This document shows, piece after piece, positions 19,496-29,016 of a stretch of DNA of 64,000 nt (positions within the stretch are counted from its first letter, which is position 1; the number at the start of each line of letters is the position of its first letter). The stretch spans positions 1,604 through 65,603 of the forward strand of contig CAYXUD010000148.1 in the NCBI GenBank assembly GCA_964467775.1, written 5' to 3'. Below the pieces are notes generated by a model. That model was not told where the DNA came from. It saw nothing but the letters and a program-made list of their open reading frames with translations, and did no database searches. Both the position numbers and the translations under genes were made by a program. Source of the stretch: an uncultured Bacteroides sp. GTDB taxonomy: Bacteria; Bacteroidota; Bacteroidia; Bacteroidales; GCA-2748055.

Positions 19496-20179
19496 CTACT
19501 TGGGGGTGTGGGTGGAGACCTTGAAAATGAATCCCACCCCCCTTTTTGTTTCCAGGGAGACGGTGGGTTCAGATTGCAGGTATTTTCTCAGCCTCGAAAT
19601 GAAGACATCCATCGACCTGCCGAGGAAGTAATCGTTCTGGCCCCAAAGTTCCTGCAGGATCTGTTCACGGGTCACCACGCGGTTCTGGTTCTCGACCAGG
19701 AAGCGAAGCAGCTCGGATTCCCTGGGGGTCAGGTCGTACCGGTTCCCATTATCTTCAATGACCAGTTCATTGTAGTTGATCAACAGGGTTCCAAGCTGGA
19801 CAGATTCCCCGGTTTCCTTCCCTGACCGTTTCAATATATTATAGAGGCGGAGGACCAGCTCTTCTGCCTCGAAGGGCTTGGTGATATAGTCATCTGCACC
19901 GATCTTCAGCCCTTTCAGCCGGTCTTCCTTCTGGTTCTTGGCGGTGAGGAACACGATGGGCATTTCCGGATCGATGGCACGGATCTCCCTGGCGAGGGTG
20001 AATCCATCCATCACCGGCATCATCACATCCAGGATGCAAAGATCGGCGTGGTGTTTTTTGAACACCTCGAGGCCGTGCCTGCCATGGTTGGCCGCATGCA
20101 CAGTAAACCCCGATAATTCCAGGTACTGTGCCAGTACCTTCTGAAGATCAATGTCATCTTCAACCAGCAGTATATCCAT
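19496..20179 (-). CDS. OmpR/PhoB-family response regulator
   Basis: Receiver domain (VEDD, LDVMMP, GADDYITKPF) plus winged helix (RSMDVFISRLRK..RGVGF). Confidence 0.95.
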   Translation of the reverse strand: MDILLVEDDIDLQKVLAQYLELSGFTVHAANHGRHGLEVFKKHHADLCILDVMMPVMDGFTLAREIRAIDPEMPIVFLTAKNQKEDRLKGLKIGADDYITKPFEAEELVLRLYNILKRSGKETGESVQLGTLLINYNELVIEDNGNRYDLTPRESELLRFLVENQNRVVTREQILQELWGQNDYFLGRSMDVFISRLRKYLQSEPTVSLETKRGVGFIFKVSTHTPK

Positions 20180-21512
20180 GATCTGTAGGTATTTTTATGA
20201 TAAACTGTGTACCGCTCCCGGGAGAGCTCCTGGCGGTAATGGTCCCCTGGTGGGCCTCCACGATCTGCCTGACATAGTAGAGGCCCAGTCCCAGGCCCTT
20301 GATGACTCTTTGCCTCGATTCACTGCCGCGGTAGAATTTCTCAAATATATGTTTCATCTCCTCCTTGTGGATGCCCGGACCGTTATCGGAGACCATGATC
20401 ACCAGGGACCGGTTATTTTCAGTAACCGTCAGTTCTATTTTGCAGGGGGGATGGCCGTATTTCACTGCATTGGAAAGCAGATTGTTAACGGCTGTGGACA
20501 TATGCACCTCATCCAGCATCATGGATCCCGGCGGAAAATCCACATTGATCCCCAGGTTCACGGAGGAACGGCCCTGCTCCAGCAGGAAAGCACCGGTCAA
20601 TTCACTGATCCATGATTCCACCCGGACAGGTTTTTCCTTGAGCTTGACCTGGTCTTTTTCCCAGATGTTGATGTCCAGTATCCGGTCGATCAGTTCTGAA
20701 AGGTGCCGGTTCTGTTTCCTGATGAGCTCCGAAAGCTCCTCCACCCTTTTCTCCTGATGGATCACCGAAGGGTTGCCCAGGGAACTGGATGCCACCGATA
20801 TGGTGGAGAGGGGTGTTTTAAGCTCATGGGTCATGTTGTTGATGAAATCGGTCTTCATCTCTGAGAGCCTTTTCTGAAGCATCATGTTCCTCAGTGTTAT
20901 GTAAAACACGGAAAAAACCAGCAGCAGGGTGAAGACAGAAAGGGTGATGATCAGCCACATTTCGTGAAGGATCAGCTTTGTCCGGTTGGTGAAATTGATA
21001 TATACTTCGTAGGAAACCCGGAAAAAGTTTCGCTCATGGGTATAGGACCCTGCCAGGACGGACCCGGCCGGCACCTTCTCCAGCAAGAGGCTGTCGGGGT
21101 AGACCTGCTGTTGAAATCCCATGTTGAGCAAATAGAGATCATTGAGCTGCACCAGGCAGGTGAAATCAGGATCTTCCCCTGCATTTACCAGGTAGTCACG
21201 GATAGAAGCTTCCGGTTCCCGGTAATCGGAAAGGACTTTATGGAACGCCTCTCCGCAGGTGAAGGAGAGCGTATCGCGATCCGCATAGATATATTCAAGG
21301 GCCAGGTTATCAAGCAGGTAGAGTACCGAGTCGAAGCCAAAATTGAAATCCTGGCTGTTGAACTGAAGCAGCGCCTCCCTTGCCAGGGCCCCGTACTTTG
21401 CGTCAATCTGCCGCTTCTTTGTGGAGTAGGTCTCCCGGATGAAGATATACTGGACAGAGATGAGAACAAGGAGCGCCAGGGCGGACAACCATATGAAAAA
21501 GCGGTTCTTCAT
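20160..21512 (-). CDS. Sensor histidine kinase
   Basis: Two TM segments, H-box NNMTHELKTPL, N-box NLLSNAVKY, and G-boxes DNGPGI and GLGLGL. Confidence 0.93.
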   Translation of the reverse strand: MKNRFFIWLSALALLVLISVQYIFIRETYSTKKRQIDAKYGALAREALLQFNSQDFNFGFDSVLYLLDNLALEYIYADRDTLSFTCGEAFHKVLSDYREPEASIRDYLVNAGEDPDFTCLVQLNDLYLLNMGFQQQVYPDSLLLEKVPAGSVLAGSYTHERNFFRVSYEVYINFTNRTKLILHEMWLIITLSVFTLLLVFSVFYITLRNMMLQKRLSEMKTDFINNMTHELKTPLSTISVASSSLGNPSVIHQEKRVEELSELIRKQNRHLSELIDRILDINIWEKDQVKLKEKPVRVESWISELTGAFLLEQGRSSVNLGINVDFPPGSMMLDEVHMSTAVNNLLSNAVKYGHPPCKIELTVTENNRSLVIMVSDNGPGIHKEEMKHIFEKFYRGSESRQRVIKGLGLGLYYVRQIVEAHQGTITARSSPGSGTQFIIKIPTDHGYTAG

Positions 21513-21552
21513 CCGGATGGTATGATAGCTAAGATAATACCTTTCCTGCTGC

Positions 21553-21580
21553 ATTAACCAACCATTAACACAGTATTAAC
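21553..21580. promoter_or_regulatory. Three ATTAAC direct repeats at 11-bp period; probable binding site of the adjacent OmpR-family regulator
   Basis: ATTAAC at 21553, 21564 and 21575; TAATTTTG -7 element at 21603-21610. Confidence 0.65.
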
Positions 21581-21644
21581 CAAGTTGTACGGGTTATCCC
21601 CATAATTTTGTAGTGTCAGCAGGTTAAACAAAAAACAAACTGCA

Positions 21645-22286
21645 ATGAAAACAACACGTCAAACAGGTTATTTACTGATCATGGCTTTTTTCCTGCTCAC
21701 CGGAAATGCAATGGCCCAGGAGCCGGACATTGCCAGGGAGAAGGAGGCCAGGGAGAGGAAAAAGACTGTGCAGCAGGAAGAATTAAAGACCAGGAAAGAG
21801 GCACTGGAGACCCAGAAAGAGATGAAGGAAAAGATGGCGCAGGAATACTTCGAGCAGGCTGAGATCATGAAGGCAAGGTCCAGGGAGATGGTACGCACGC
21901 CGGAACCTTTTACCAGCGGGTTTGTCTACAGTGACCCTGCGGTACCCATGCTCCTCTATGAGAACCAAACCCAGCTTACCCTGCGCAACAGTTTCAATGG
22001 TGGTTCCGACAATTCAAAAGGAGATTTTGATGTGGAAAAAGGAACCCGGTATTTCAGGTGCATGATCAACGGGAGGGTCCGCTCCGGCAAGATCTATATC
22101 AAGGTAGAGTACCCCGGGGGGAAAATCTTCAAGGAGCTCACCATTACATCCTCGGCGGAGATCAACTACAGCCAGTCCCTGGCCATCAGGGAGGGTGAAG
22201 AGGCTAAATACCTGGGTACCTGGAAATATACCGTCGAGGCGGAAAAGGCAGAAGGCAACTACATGCTACAGATCTCCACCCACTGA
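21645..22286 (+). CDS. Hypothetical secreted protein (charged coiled coil plus beta-rich C-terminal domain)
   Basis: Signal peptide ..NAMA/Q, E/K-rich helix, beta-strand-rich C-terminus. Confidence 0.75.
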   Translation: MKTTRQTGYLLIMAFFLLTGNAMAQEPDIAREKEARERKKTVQQEELKTRKEALETQKEMKEKMAQEYFEQAEIMKARSREMVRTPEPFTSGFVYSDPAVPMLLYENQTQLTLRNSFNGGSDNSKGDFDVEKGTRYFRCMINGRVRSGKIYIKVEYPGGKIFKELTITSSAEINYSQSLAIREGEEAKYLGTWKYTVEAEKAEGNYMLQISTH

Positions 22287-22391
22287 GCAAGAATCACATG
22301 CGGTTCCGGTGATCTCCGCAGTCATCTGGGATTTCGATACAGATGGCCATTTCATTGCGGAATTGCTATCTTTGCGTAAATCGAGGCAGAG

Positions 22392-22697
22392 ATGTTTGGG
22401 ACTACTCTATTTATCAGCGGGCAGGAGATCATATTTGCTTTATTGATTGCATTGTTGCTGTTTGGATCCAAGGAGATTCCCAAACTGGCCAGGACTTTTG
22501 GCAAGGGAATGAAGGAGTTCAAGCGGGCAACGGAAGATATCAAACGTGAATTTGAGAGCAGTTCGCCGGAGGTTCTGGAGGACTTCAAGGATATCAAGAA
22601 GAATCTCACCAAGGATGCCACAGATATCAAGAAGAATCTCACCAAGGACGCAGATGATATCCTGAAGGGTGTGAAGAAGAACACGGACCTTGATTAG
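22392..22697 (+). CDS. tatA: Twin-arginine translocase TatA/TatE subunit
   Basis: TM helix, then LLFGSKEIPKLARTFGKGMKEFK; TATCTTTG promoter element at 22367-22374. Confidence 0.9.
   Translation: MFGTTLFISGQEIIFALLIALLLFGSKEIPKLARTFGKGMKEFKRATEDIKREFESSSPEVLEDFKDIKKNLTKDATDIKKNLTKDADDILKGVKKNTDLD
22590..22661 (+). repeat. 33-bp in-frame tandem repeat in tatA
   Basis: GATATCAAGAAGAATCTCACCAAGGA is identical at 22590 and 22623; a third GATATC starts at 22656. Confidence 0.85.
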
Positions 22698-22713
22698 CAC
22701 CTGGCCCTGATCG

Positions 22714-23649
22714 ATGATACAAGTTTACCTGTACCTGCTGATCGGACTGCTGCTTCTTTTTGCAAGCGGAAAGTACCTGGTTGAAAGCAGTGCGGCCATT
22801 GCCCGGAGGCTCCGGATCCCCTCGATGATCATCGGTTTGACCGTAGTGGCATTCGGCACCTCCGCCCCCGAACTGCTGGTCAGCATGCAGGCTGCCTTCA
22901 GGGGACTCCCCGAAATCGCGATGGGCAATGTGGTGGGCAGCAACATCTCCAATATCCTCCTGGTACTGGCCATCACAGCCATTATCTTTCCCATTCCGGT
23001 GCCTGCCAAGTCCGTCAGGCTGGACTGGCCTGTTATGATGTCCGTTTCCCTGCTGTTGTTCGCCTTTTCCCTGAACGGATGGCTGACCAAAGCGGAAGGA
23101 GCAGTACTGATCACCCTTCTTCTTATTTACATCAGCTATAATGTCATCCAGGTTAAAAAGAATCAGGGAGCACGGGCGGAAGAGATCATGACCGGGACCA
23201 TGAAAACCTGGGTGGCTGTGGTCCTTTTCCTGGTCTCCTGTGTGGGCCTCGCTTTTGGTGCAGACCTTCTGGTGAAAAACGCCGCCACGATTGCAGAGCA
23301 CCTGGGAATTTCCCAGCGTGTCATATCCATTACCATGGTGGCTGTCGGAACCAGCATTCCTGAACTGGCCACCAGCGTTATTGCAGCATTCAAAAAAGAG
23401 ACCGATATTTCGGTGGGGAACATTATTGGTTCCAATATCATGAATATCCTGACAGTGCTTGGATTGACCAGCATGGTGGGGCCCATCAGGGTGGACAAAG
23501 CCATTGCCCGGTTCGACATTCCCTGTATGCTAGGGGTTTCGGTGGTATTGCTGCTGATGATGTTACCTGCTGCCAGGTCGCGGATCACCAGGTGGGAAGG
23601 CATATTCATGATTATGCTCTATCTTCTGTATATTTACCTGATATTCTGA
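22714..23649 (+). CDS. Calcium/sodium antiporter (YrbG/CaCA family)
   Basis: Alpha-repeats GTSAPE..GNVVGSN and [13 protein letters not shown]; about 10 TM segments. Confidence 0.92.
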   Translation: MIQVYLYLLIGLLLLFASGKYLVESSAAIARRLRIPSMIIGLTVVAFGTSAPELLVSMQAAFRGLPEIAMGNVVGSNISNILLVLAITAIIFPIPVPAKSVRLDWPVMMSVSLLLFAFSLNGWLTKAEGAVLITLLLIYISYNVIQVKKNQGARAEEIMTGTMKTWVAVVLFLVSCVGLAFGADLLVKNAATIAEHLGISQRVISITMVAVGTSIPELATSVIAAFKKETDISVGNIIGSNIMNILTVLGLTSMVGPIRVDKAIARFDIPCMLGVSVVLLLMMLPAARSRITRWEGIFMIMLYLLYIYLIF

Positions 23650-23655
23650 ACGGGG

Positions 23656-24309
23656 ATGATCCAGGCGCAACAGATCACCAAATCCTTTGGGAACCTGCAG
23701 GTATTGAAAGGGATCAACCTTGAGATTGGTGCAGGTGAGGTGGTATCCATCGTGGGTCCTTCCGGAGCGGGGAAGACCACCCTTCTGCAGATCCTCGGGA
23801 CACTCAGCAAGCAGGACAGCGGGATTGTAACCATTAACGGGATCCGGACAGACCGGCTTGTGAATAACCAGCTGGCCCGGTTCCGCAACCAGCATATCGG
23901 ATTTGTATTTCAGTTCCACCAGCTTCTGCCGGAATTCAGTGCACTGGAAAATGTATGCATCCCCGGTTATATTGCACATAAACCCAGGAAGGAAGTGGAA
24001 GAGAGGGCAGGGGAGCTGCTTGATTTCCTTGGATTATCCGAAAGGCTTGAACATAAACCTGCCGAACTCTCAGGAGGGGAACAGCAGCGGGTGGCAGTGG
24101 CCCGGGCCCTGGTCAATGATCCGCAGGTGATCCTTGCCGATGAACCATCCGGGAACCTGGATACGGAAAACAAGAAGGAGCTGCACAGGTTGTTTATCCG
24201 CCTCAGGGAAAAGTTCCAGAAGACCCTGGTGATCGTTACCCACGACAGGGAGCTGGCGGGAATGGCGGACCGCATCATCACCATGAAGGATGGCAGGGTG
24301 GAGCAGTGA
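23656..24309 (+). CDS. lolD: ABC transporter ATP-binding protein, LolD-like
   Basis: [35 protein letters not shown] and ADEPSGNLD motifs. Confidence 0.8.
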   Translation: MIQAQQITKSFGNLQVLKGINLEIGAGEVVSIVGPSGAGKTTLLQILGTLSKQDSGIVTINGIRTDRLVNNQLARFRNQHIGFVFQFHQLLPEFSALENVCIPGYIAHKPRKEVEERAGELLDFLGLSERLEHKPAELSGGEQQRVAVARALVNDPQVILADEPSGNLDTENKKELHRLFIRLREKFQKTLVIVTHDRELAGMADRIITMKDGRVEQ

Positions 24310-24356
24310 GATCGATCCGGCTGACATCCAGGCTGAGGAAGATGGACCCCCGTGAT

Positions 24357-24385
24357 CCGGGCAGGTATGATTATGCCCTGTTCGG
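24357..24385. terminator. Hairpin between convergent lolD-like and saccharopine dehydrogenase genes
   Basis: CCGGGCAGG..CCTGTTCGG stem (G-U pairs on the + strand). Confidence 0.4.
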
Positions 24386-24393
24386 CCCGGGCA

Positions 24394-25731
24394 TCATGAA
24401 GAGATTCTGACCTCCTCTTCAACGAACCTGATCCCGTACTGTTCCAGCTCACTCAGCACCGGGTTATAGATATCCGGATGAATAGGCAGCTGTACCCCCG
24501 GTTCCCCGGCATTGCCTTCCAGGATCCTCCGGGCTGTCATGGCCAGTGGGAGCCCGACGGTCATGGACATGGCCGTGTGCCTTGTGTCCTGGCCGATGCA
24601 GACCATGGTGGCGTACCTTTTCTTATGCTCACCATGCAGCAGGAAATCGAACTGGTGCTGCATCACGATCATATCTTTGTCCCCGGGATCCAGTTTCCAT
24701 TTCTCCTCGAGGATCTTTTGCAGGATCCGGGCGGGTGAAAGCTTCGGGATCCCGATCTTCCTGTTCTCAAAAATACCCAGCCACCTGAGCCGGTCCATCA
24801 TTTCCGAATCTTCACTGAAACCCAGGTAACGGGCAAGCTTTATCTCTACAGGAGTCTCAGTCTCGTAGGCCATGAAGCTGTTAATGAATTCCCGGTAAGT
24901 CATGTTTTCCGTATCTTCCATCTCATAGGAATCATCGGTGGCACCGAGCTGGACAAAGATGTCCCACGCCTCGCAGAAACCGGGCCTGCGGATGGTCCCG
25001 CGGAACATGGTCTTCAGGTTGTGAAGGCCATAGGTCTCCCGGTAGGTGAGGGAGTCCCGGTTCCCGTAAACCTCGAACTCACCGAGGTCAAGCACCCGGA
25101 TGGTCTCGATCCGCCGGAATACCTTATGGTAGGGAATATATTTGAATTTGCCGTTGTGCAGAAAACGGGCCCCTTCACTGCCGGCAAGTACCACATTCCT
25201 GGGGTTCCAGGTGAATTTATACTGCCATGGATTGGTTTCATACCCCGGGGCCACCAGGCCGCCTGTGCTCGATTCAAATGCCAGGAGTTCACCCCCTTCC
25301 TCCCAGATGCGGGTAATCATCTGCATGGCCGACATATGGTCTATGCCCGGATCCACCCCGCACTCATTCATCAGGACAATTCCTCTCTTGCGGGCCGGTC
25401 CGTCCAGGGCCTTGATGGAAGGGGAAAGATAGGATGCGGTAACCATGTTCCTGCCTTCCTCAACACAGGTACCGGCTACCAGGTGATGCATCCTGGCAGG
25501 CAGGAGGCTGATCACGATATCGGCCCTGCGGATCTCCTCTGCACGCTGTTCATCCCGGTAGACATCAAAGCTGAATGCCTCTCCGGCCGGATAGCCCCCG
25601 ATCTTATCCAGGGCAAGATCGGGCCTGATATCCCCCACCCGTACCTTCCAGTCCCTATCAGCATGATCCAGCAGGTATTTGATCAAGGAGGTGGAGGAGA
25701 GTCCCGCCCCGAGGACAAGTATGGTTTGCAT
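24394..25731 (-). CDS. Saccharopine dehydrogenase family protein
   Basis: ILVLGAG, VTASY, ECGVDPGIDHM, YKFTWNPRNV, YGNRDS and AMSMTVGLP motifs; TATATTTG promoter element at 25750-25757 (-). Confidence 0.9.
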   Translation of the reverse strand: MQTILVLGAGLSSTSLIKYLLDHADRDWKVRVGDIRPDLALDKIGGYPAGEAFSFDVYRDEQRAEEIRRADIVISLLPARMHHLVAGTCVEEGRNMVTASYLSPSIKALDGPARKRGIVLMNECGVDPGIDHMSAMQMITRIWEEGGELLAFESSTGGLVAPGYETNPWQYKFTWNPRNVVLAGSEGARFLHNGKFKYIPYHKVFRRIETIRVLDLGEFEVYGNRDSLTYRETYGLHNLKTMFRGTIRRPGFCEAWDIFVQLGATDDSYEMEDTENMTYREFINSFMAYETETPVEIKLARYLGFSEDSEMMDRLRWLGIFENRKIGIPKLSPARILQKILEEKWKLDPGDKDMIVMQHQFDFLLHGEHKKRYATMVCIGQDTRHTAMSMTVGLPLAMTARRILEGNAGEPGVQLPIHPDIYNPVLSELEQYGIRFVEEEVRISS

Positions 25732-25813
25732 CTGCCGGGATTTGGAAACCAAATATACAAAACAGGCTGGTCTCTTCAGGGGATCGATCCGCTACTGTAC
25801 AACATAGAGGGAC

Positions 25814-26413
25814 CTAATTTCCCAGCTGCGATCTCAGGATCTTCGCGACGTATTTGCCGATGATGTCAAATTCGATATTCACCACTGTGCCCACCTGGAT
25901 CTGATGGAAATTGGTTACCTCGTAGGTATAGGGAATGATGGCCACCTGGAATGACCTCTCCGTTGAATCAACCACGGTCAGGCTGACCCCGTTGACCGAA
26001 ACCGATCCCTTTTCAACCGTGATATGCTCTTCACTGGCGGGTTCATATTCGAAGGTATAGTACCAGCTGCCGCCGGCTTCGGTAATCTGCGTGCAGATGG
26101 CCGTGAGATCCACATGGCCCTGCACCATATGTCCGTCAAGCCTGGCATCCAGCCTGGTACTCCGTTCAAGGTTCACCTTGTCACCTCTTCTGAGCAATCC
26201 CAGGTTTGATCTGAGCAGCGTTTCACGGATGGCTGTAACGGTGTAGGTGCCTTCACCGATGCCCACAACGGTCAGGCAAACACCGTTGTGCGCAATGCTC
26301 TGATCGATCTTCAGCTCATGGGTGAAGGAACATCGCATGGTGATATGGAGGTTGTCCCGCTCTTTTTCCAACCCCACCACAACGGCAGCCTCTTCAACAA
26401 TTCCTGAAAACAT
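25814..26413 (-). CDS. ribE: Riboflavin synthase (alpha chain)
   Basis: MFSGIVE start, NGVCLTV, GHMVQGHVD and KGSVSVNGVSLTV motifs. Confidence 0.95.
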   Translation of the reverse strand: MFSGIVEEAAVVVGLEKERDNLHITMRCSFTHELKIDQSIAHNGVCLTVVGIGEGTYTVTAIRETLLRSNLGLLRRGDKVNLERSTRLDARLDGHMVQGHVDLTAICTQITEAGGSWYYTFEYEPASEEHITVEKGSVSVNGVSLTVVDSTERSFQVAIIPYTYEVTNFHQIQVGTVVNIEFDIIGKYVAKILRSQLGN

Positions 26414-26473
26414 CCTGGTTCAAAGTTAAGCAATTATGCAAAAAACCTTCAACAGGGTACCGGGTGCCTTGTG

Positions 26474-27730
26474 CTATCTCAGGCCGAAGGCTTTCCTGAA
26501 AGTGTCGACAAGATCCAGTTTCTCCCATGTGAAGAGCTCCACCTCCAGGGTTATACCATCCCAGTACTGGGAGCTGAACTCCTTGATCACAGTTTTCGGT
26601 GTACGGCCCATATGGCCATAGGAAGCAGTCTCCCTGTAGATGGGATTGCGAAGCTTCAGATGCTTCTCGATAGCAGCGGGCCTGAGATCGTACATTGCGG
26701 CAATCTTTGCGGCTATTTCACTGTCTGGCATATCCACTTTGGATTTACCGTAACTGTTCACGAACACCCCGATGGGTTCGACCACTCCGATGGCGTAGGA
26801 GAGCTGGACAAGCACCTCGTCAGTGACCCCGGCAGCCACCAGGTTCTTGGCAATGTGCCTTGCCGCGTAAGCCGCTGAACGGTCAACCTTTGAAGGATCT
26901 TTTCCTGAGAAGGCCCCGCCTCCGTGGGCTCCTTTCCCTCCATAGGTGTCCACGATGATCTTTCTTCCGGTAAGTCCCGTATCACCATGTGGCCCTCCGA
27001 TCACAAATTTACCGGTTGGGTTCACGTGGAGAATGATATTGTCATCAAACAGGGCCCGGAGCCTTTCGGGAAGCTGCCCGGCCACACGGGGAATCAATAT
27101 CTCTTTCACATCAGCCCGGATCCTTGCAAGCATGCGTTCATCCTCATCAAATTCATCATGCTGCGTGGAGAGGACAATGGTATGTACCCTGGAAGGAGTA
27201 TCGTCGTCGTTGTATTCAACTGTGACCTGCGACTTTGAATCAGGGCGAAGGTAGGTCATCACCCTCTTTTCCCTGCGGATCGCAGCCAGTTCAAAGAGCA
27301 GCCTGTGACTCAATTCTAGGGGCAGGGGCATGTATTCGTCTGTTTCGTTGGTAGCATACCCGAACATCATGCCCTGATCCCCTGCACCCTGGTCCATGGG
27401 ATCCTGCCTGTCAATACCACGGGTGATATCAGGAGATTGTTCATGGATAAGGGTCATTACCCCGCAGGAGTTGCATTCAAACTGGTAGGCGCTCTCCGTG
27501 TACCCGATCTTGCAGATCACATCGCGGGCCACTTTCTGCACATCAATGTATGTGTTGGTATGGACTTCCCCGGCAAGGACCACCTGTCCGGTGGTTACCA
27601 GGGTTTCACATGCGACTTTCGATTTCGGGTCGAATGCAAGGAATTCATCAAGCAGCGCATCAGAGATCTGGTCAGCTATTTTATCAGGGTGACCTTCTGA
27701 TACGGATTCGGAAGTAAATAGATAAGACAT
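26474..27730 (-). CDS. metK: S-adenosylmethionine synthetase
   Basis: [19 protein letters not shown] and GGGAFSGKD signatures. Confidence 0.98.
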   Translation of the reverse strand: MSYLFTSESVSEGHPDKIADQISDALLDEFLAFDPKSKVACETLVTTGQVVLAGEVHTNTYIDVQKVARDVICKIGYTESAYQFECNSCGVMTLIHEQSPDITRGIDRQDPMDQGAGDQGMMFGYATNETDEYMPLPLELSHRLLFELAAIRREKRVMTYLRPDSKSQVTVEYNDDDTPSRVHTIVLSTQHDEFDEDERMLARIRADVKEILIPRVAGQLPERLRALFDDNIILHVNPTGKFVIGGPHGDTGLTGRKIIVDTYGGKGAHGGGAFSGKDPSKVDRSAAYAARHIAKNLVAAGVTDEVLVQLSYAIGVVEPIGVFVNSYGKSKVDMPDSEIAAKIAAMYDLRPAAIEKHLKLRNPIYRETASYGHMGRTPKTVIKEFSSQYWDGITLEVELFTWEKLDLVDTFRKAFGLR

Positions 27731-27796
27731 GGGATTAATGGTTCATTTTCATACAATTACGTGGTGGGGAAAGACTGATCGTCTGGTAATTTCCTG

Positions 27797-27842
27797 TTTT
27801 AGCATTTTTTAATGTGGTTGCAATCAGTCAAATCTCTCCACC
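27797..27842 (-). promoter_or_regulatory. SAM-II class riboswitch aptamer upstream of metK
   Basis: Minus strand reads GGUGG AGAGAUUUGACUGAUUGCAA CCAC AUUAAAAAAUGCUAAAA. P1 is GUGG/CCAC; GAUUU..UUGCAA and AAAU..GCUAAAA match the SAM-II consensus; metK is the classic context. Confidence 0.85.
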
Positions 27843-27933
27843 GAGATCGGACAAAGAAAGCAAATTTCGGGGATGTGACAAAAAAAAGCAGCGTATTTTA
27901 CGCTGCTTGTTCAATAAGTTGCTTACCTGCACA

Positions 27934-28914
27934 TCAACTGCATCCGGGGATGGACCCCATCTTCTTTTCCGCCCTGCTCAGGAAGGGCTCTTCCACCACT
28001 TTCTGAAGGGCTTCACACGCTTTTTCATATTCCACGGTATTCTGGTATGCATGTCCCAGTTCGAAATTAATGGCCGATATCCATACAGGCTCTGTTTCGA
28101 ACTCGAGGGCCTTCAGGGCATAATCGATGGCAGCATCGTACTCGATCTTCTTATTGCTGATCAGGGCCAGGTGATACAGGGCCCTGGGATTTTCCGGATT
28201 GGCAGCCAGGGCATTCTCACATGCCTCAACCACATAGGAATAGTCTTCTTCTTCAGGATCAATCATTTCGATCTCCTCCTGGATGATCTTGTTATAGTAG
28301 GTATCGATCACGCCATTGATGCTGCTGATGGTCTCCGTGTCATTTTTTTCCATGGCACCTTCCTTGGCCAGTTTAAACTCTTCCATCATAGGTTCAATCT
28401 CGCCCTGTTCCAGGAAAACCAGGCCTTTCCCCTGGTGGGCCTGGTACAGATCCTCATCGATGGCCAATGCCTTATCAAAAAAGGTCAACGCATCGCTGTA
28501 GGACTCGTTCTTATAGTTGCGCTGGCCCTCCACCATACAGGACTGCATCAGATACTTTGTGGCCTTCGAAGCCGATTCCTCGTTGTTGTTGAATTCGGCA
28601 GCCTTCTCAATGGTCCTCTCCAGGTAGGGGATTGCATTGTCAAACTGCTTTCTCTTCAAGAACAGTGTTGCCTGCCTGTAGTAAGCCAGCGGTATCTGCT
28701 CCTCGGCCTTGACTTTCATCTCATCGGCCTCGCTTCCGACTGCTTCAGCCAGGGCAAGGACCTGGTCGAAATGCACAATGGATTCATCATACTCCTGGTT
28801 GTTGACCCTGGCAACACCCTCATTAAATTCATTGATCACGTCTGTGAGGGTTTGGGCAGACAACGAAGCTGCCAGCAGAATGGCTCCTGATACTGCTATT
28901 ACCCGTAACTTCAT
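27934..28914 (-). CDS. Secreted tetratricopeptide-repeat protein
   Basis: Signal peptide ..SLSA/Q and repeated TPR helices (e.g. QFDNAIPYLERTIE, NPENPRALYHLA). Confidence 0.85.
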   Translation of the reverse strand: MKLRVIAVSGAILLAASLSAQTLTDVINEFNEGVARVNNQEYDESIVHFDQVLALAEAVGSEADEMKVKAEEQIPLAYYRQATLFLKRKQFDNAIPYLERTIEKAAEFNNNEESASKATKYLMQSCMVEGQRNYKNESYSDALTFFDKALAIDEDLYQAHQGKGLVFLEQGEIEPMMEEFKLAKEGAMEKNDTETISSINGVIDTYYNKIIQEEIEMIDPEEEDYSYVVEACENALAANPENPRALYHLALISNKKIEYDAAIDYALKALEFETEPVWISAINFELGHAYQNTVEYEKACEALQKVVEEPFLSRAEKKMGSIPGCS

Positions 28915-28965
28915 TGTGTAATCTTTTGGTTTTAATTTGAATCGGTAAATATATAAATAATGTAG

Positions 28966-28982
28966 ACAAATACAATGCCAAA
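28966..28982 (-). promoter_or_regulatory. Putative sigma54 (-24/-12) promoter of the TPR gene
   Basis: Minus strand TTTGGCATTGTATTTGT; GG and TG have the canonical sigma54 spacing. Confidence 0.65.
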
Positions 28983-29016
28983 TTGTTGATAGCGCATTTA
29001 ACAAATAATCAGATGA

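Noticed and set aside
27900-27936. TPR protein ends Cys-Ser-TGA; possible selenocysteine read-through
   Set aside because: No recognisable SECIS hairpin or redox motif, and read-through adds only a short featureless tail.
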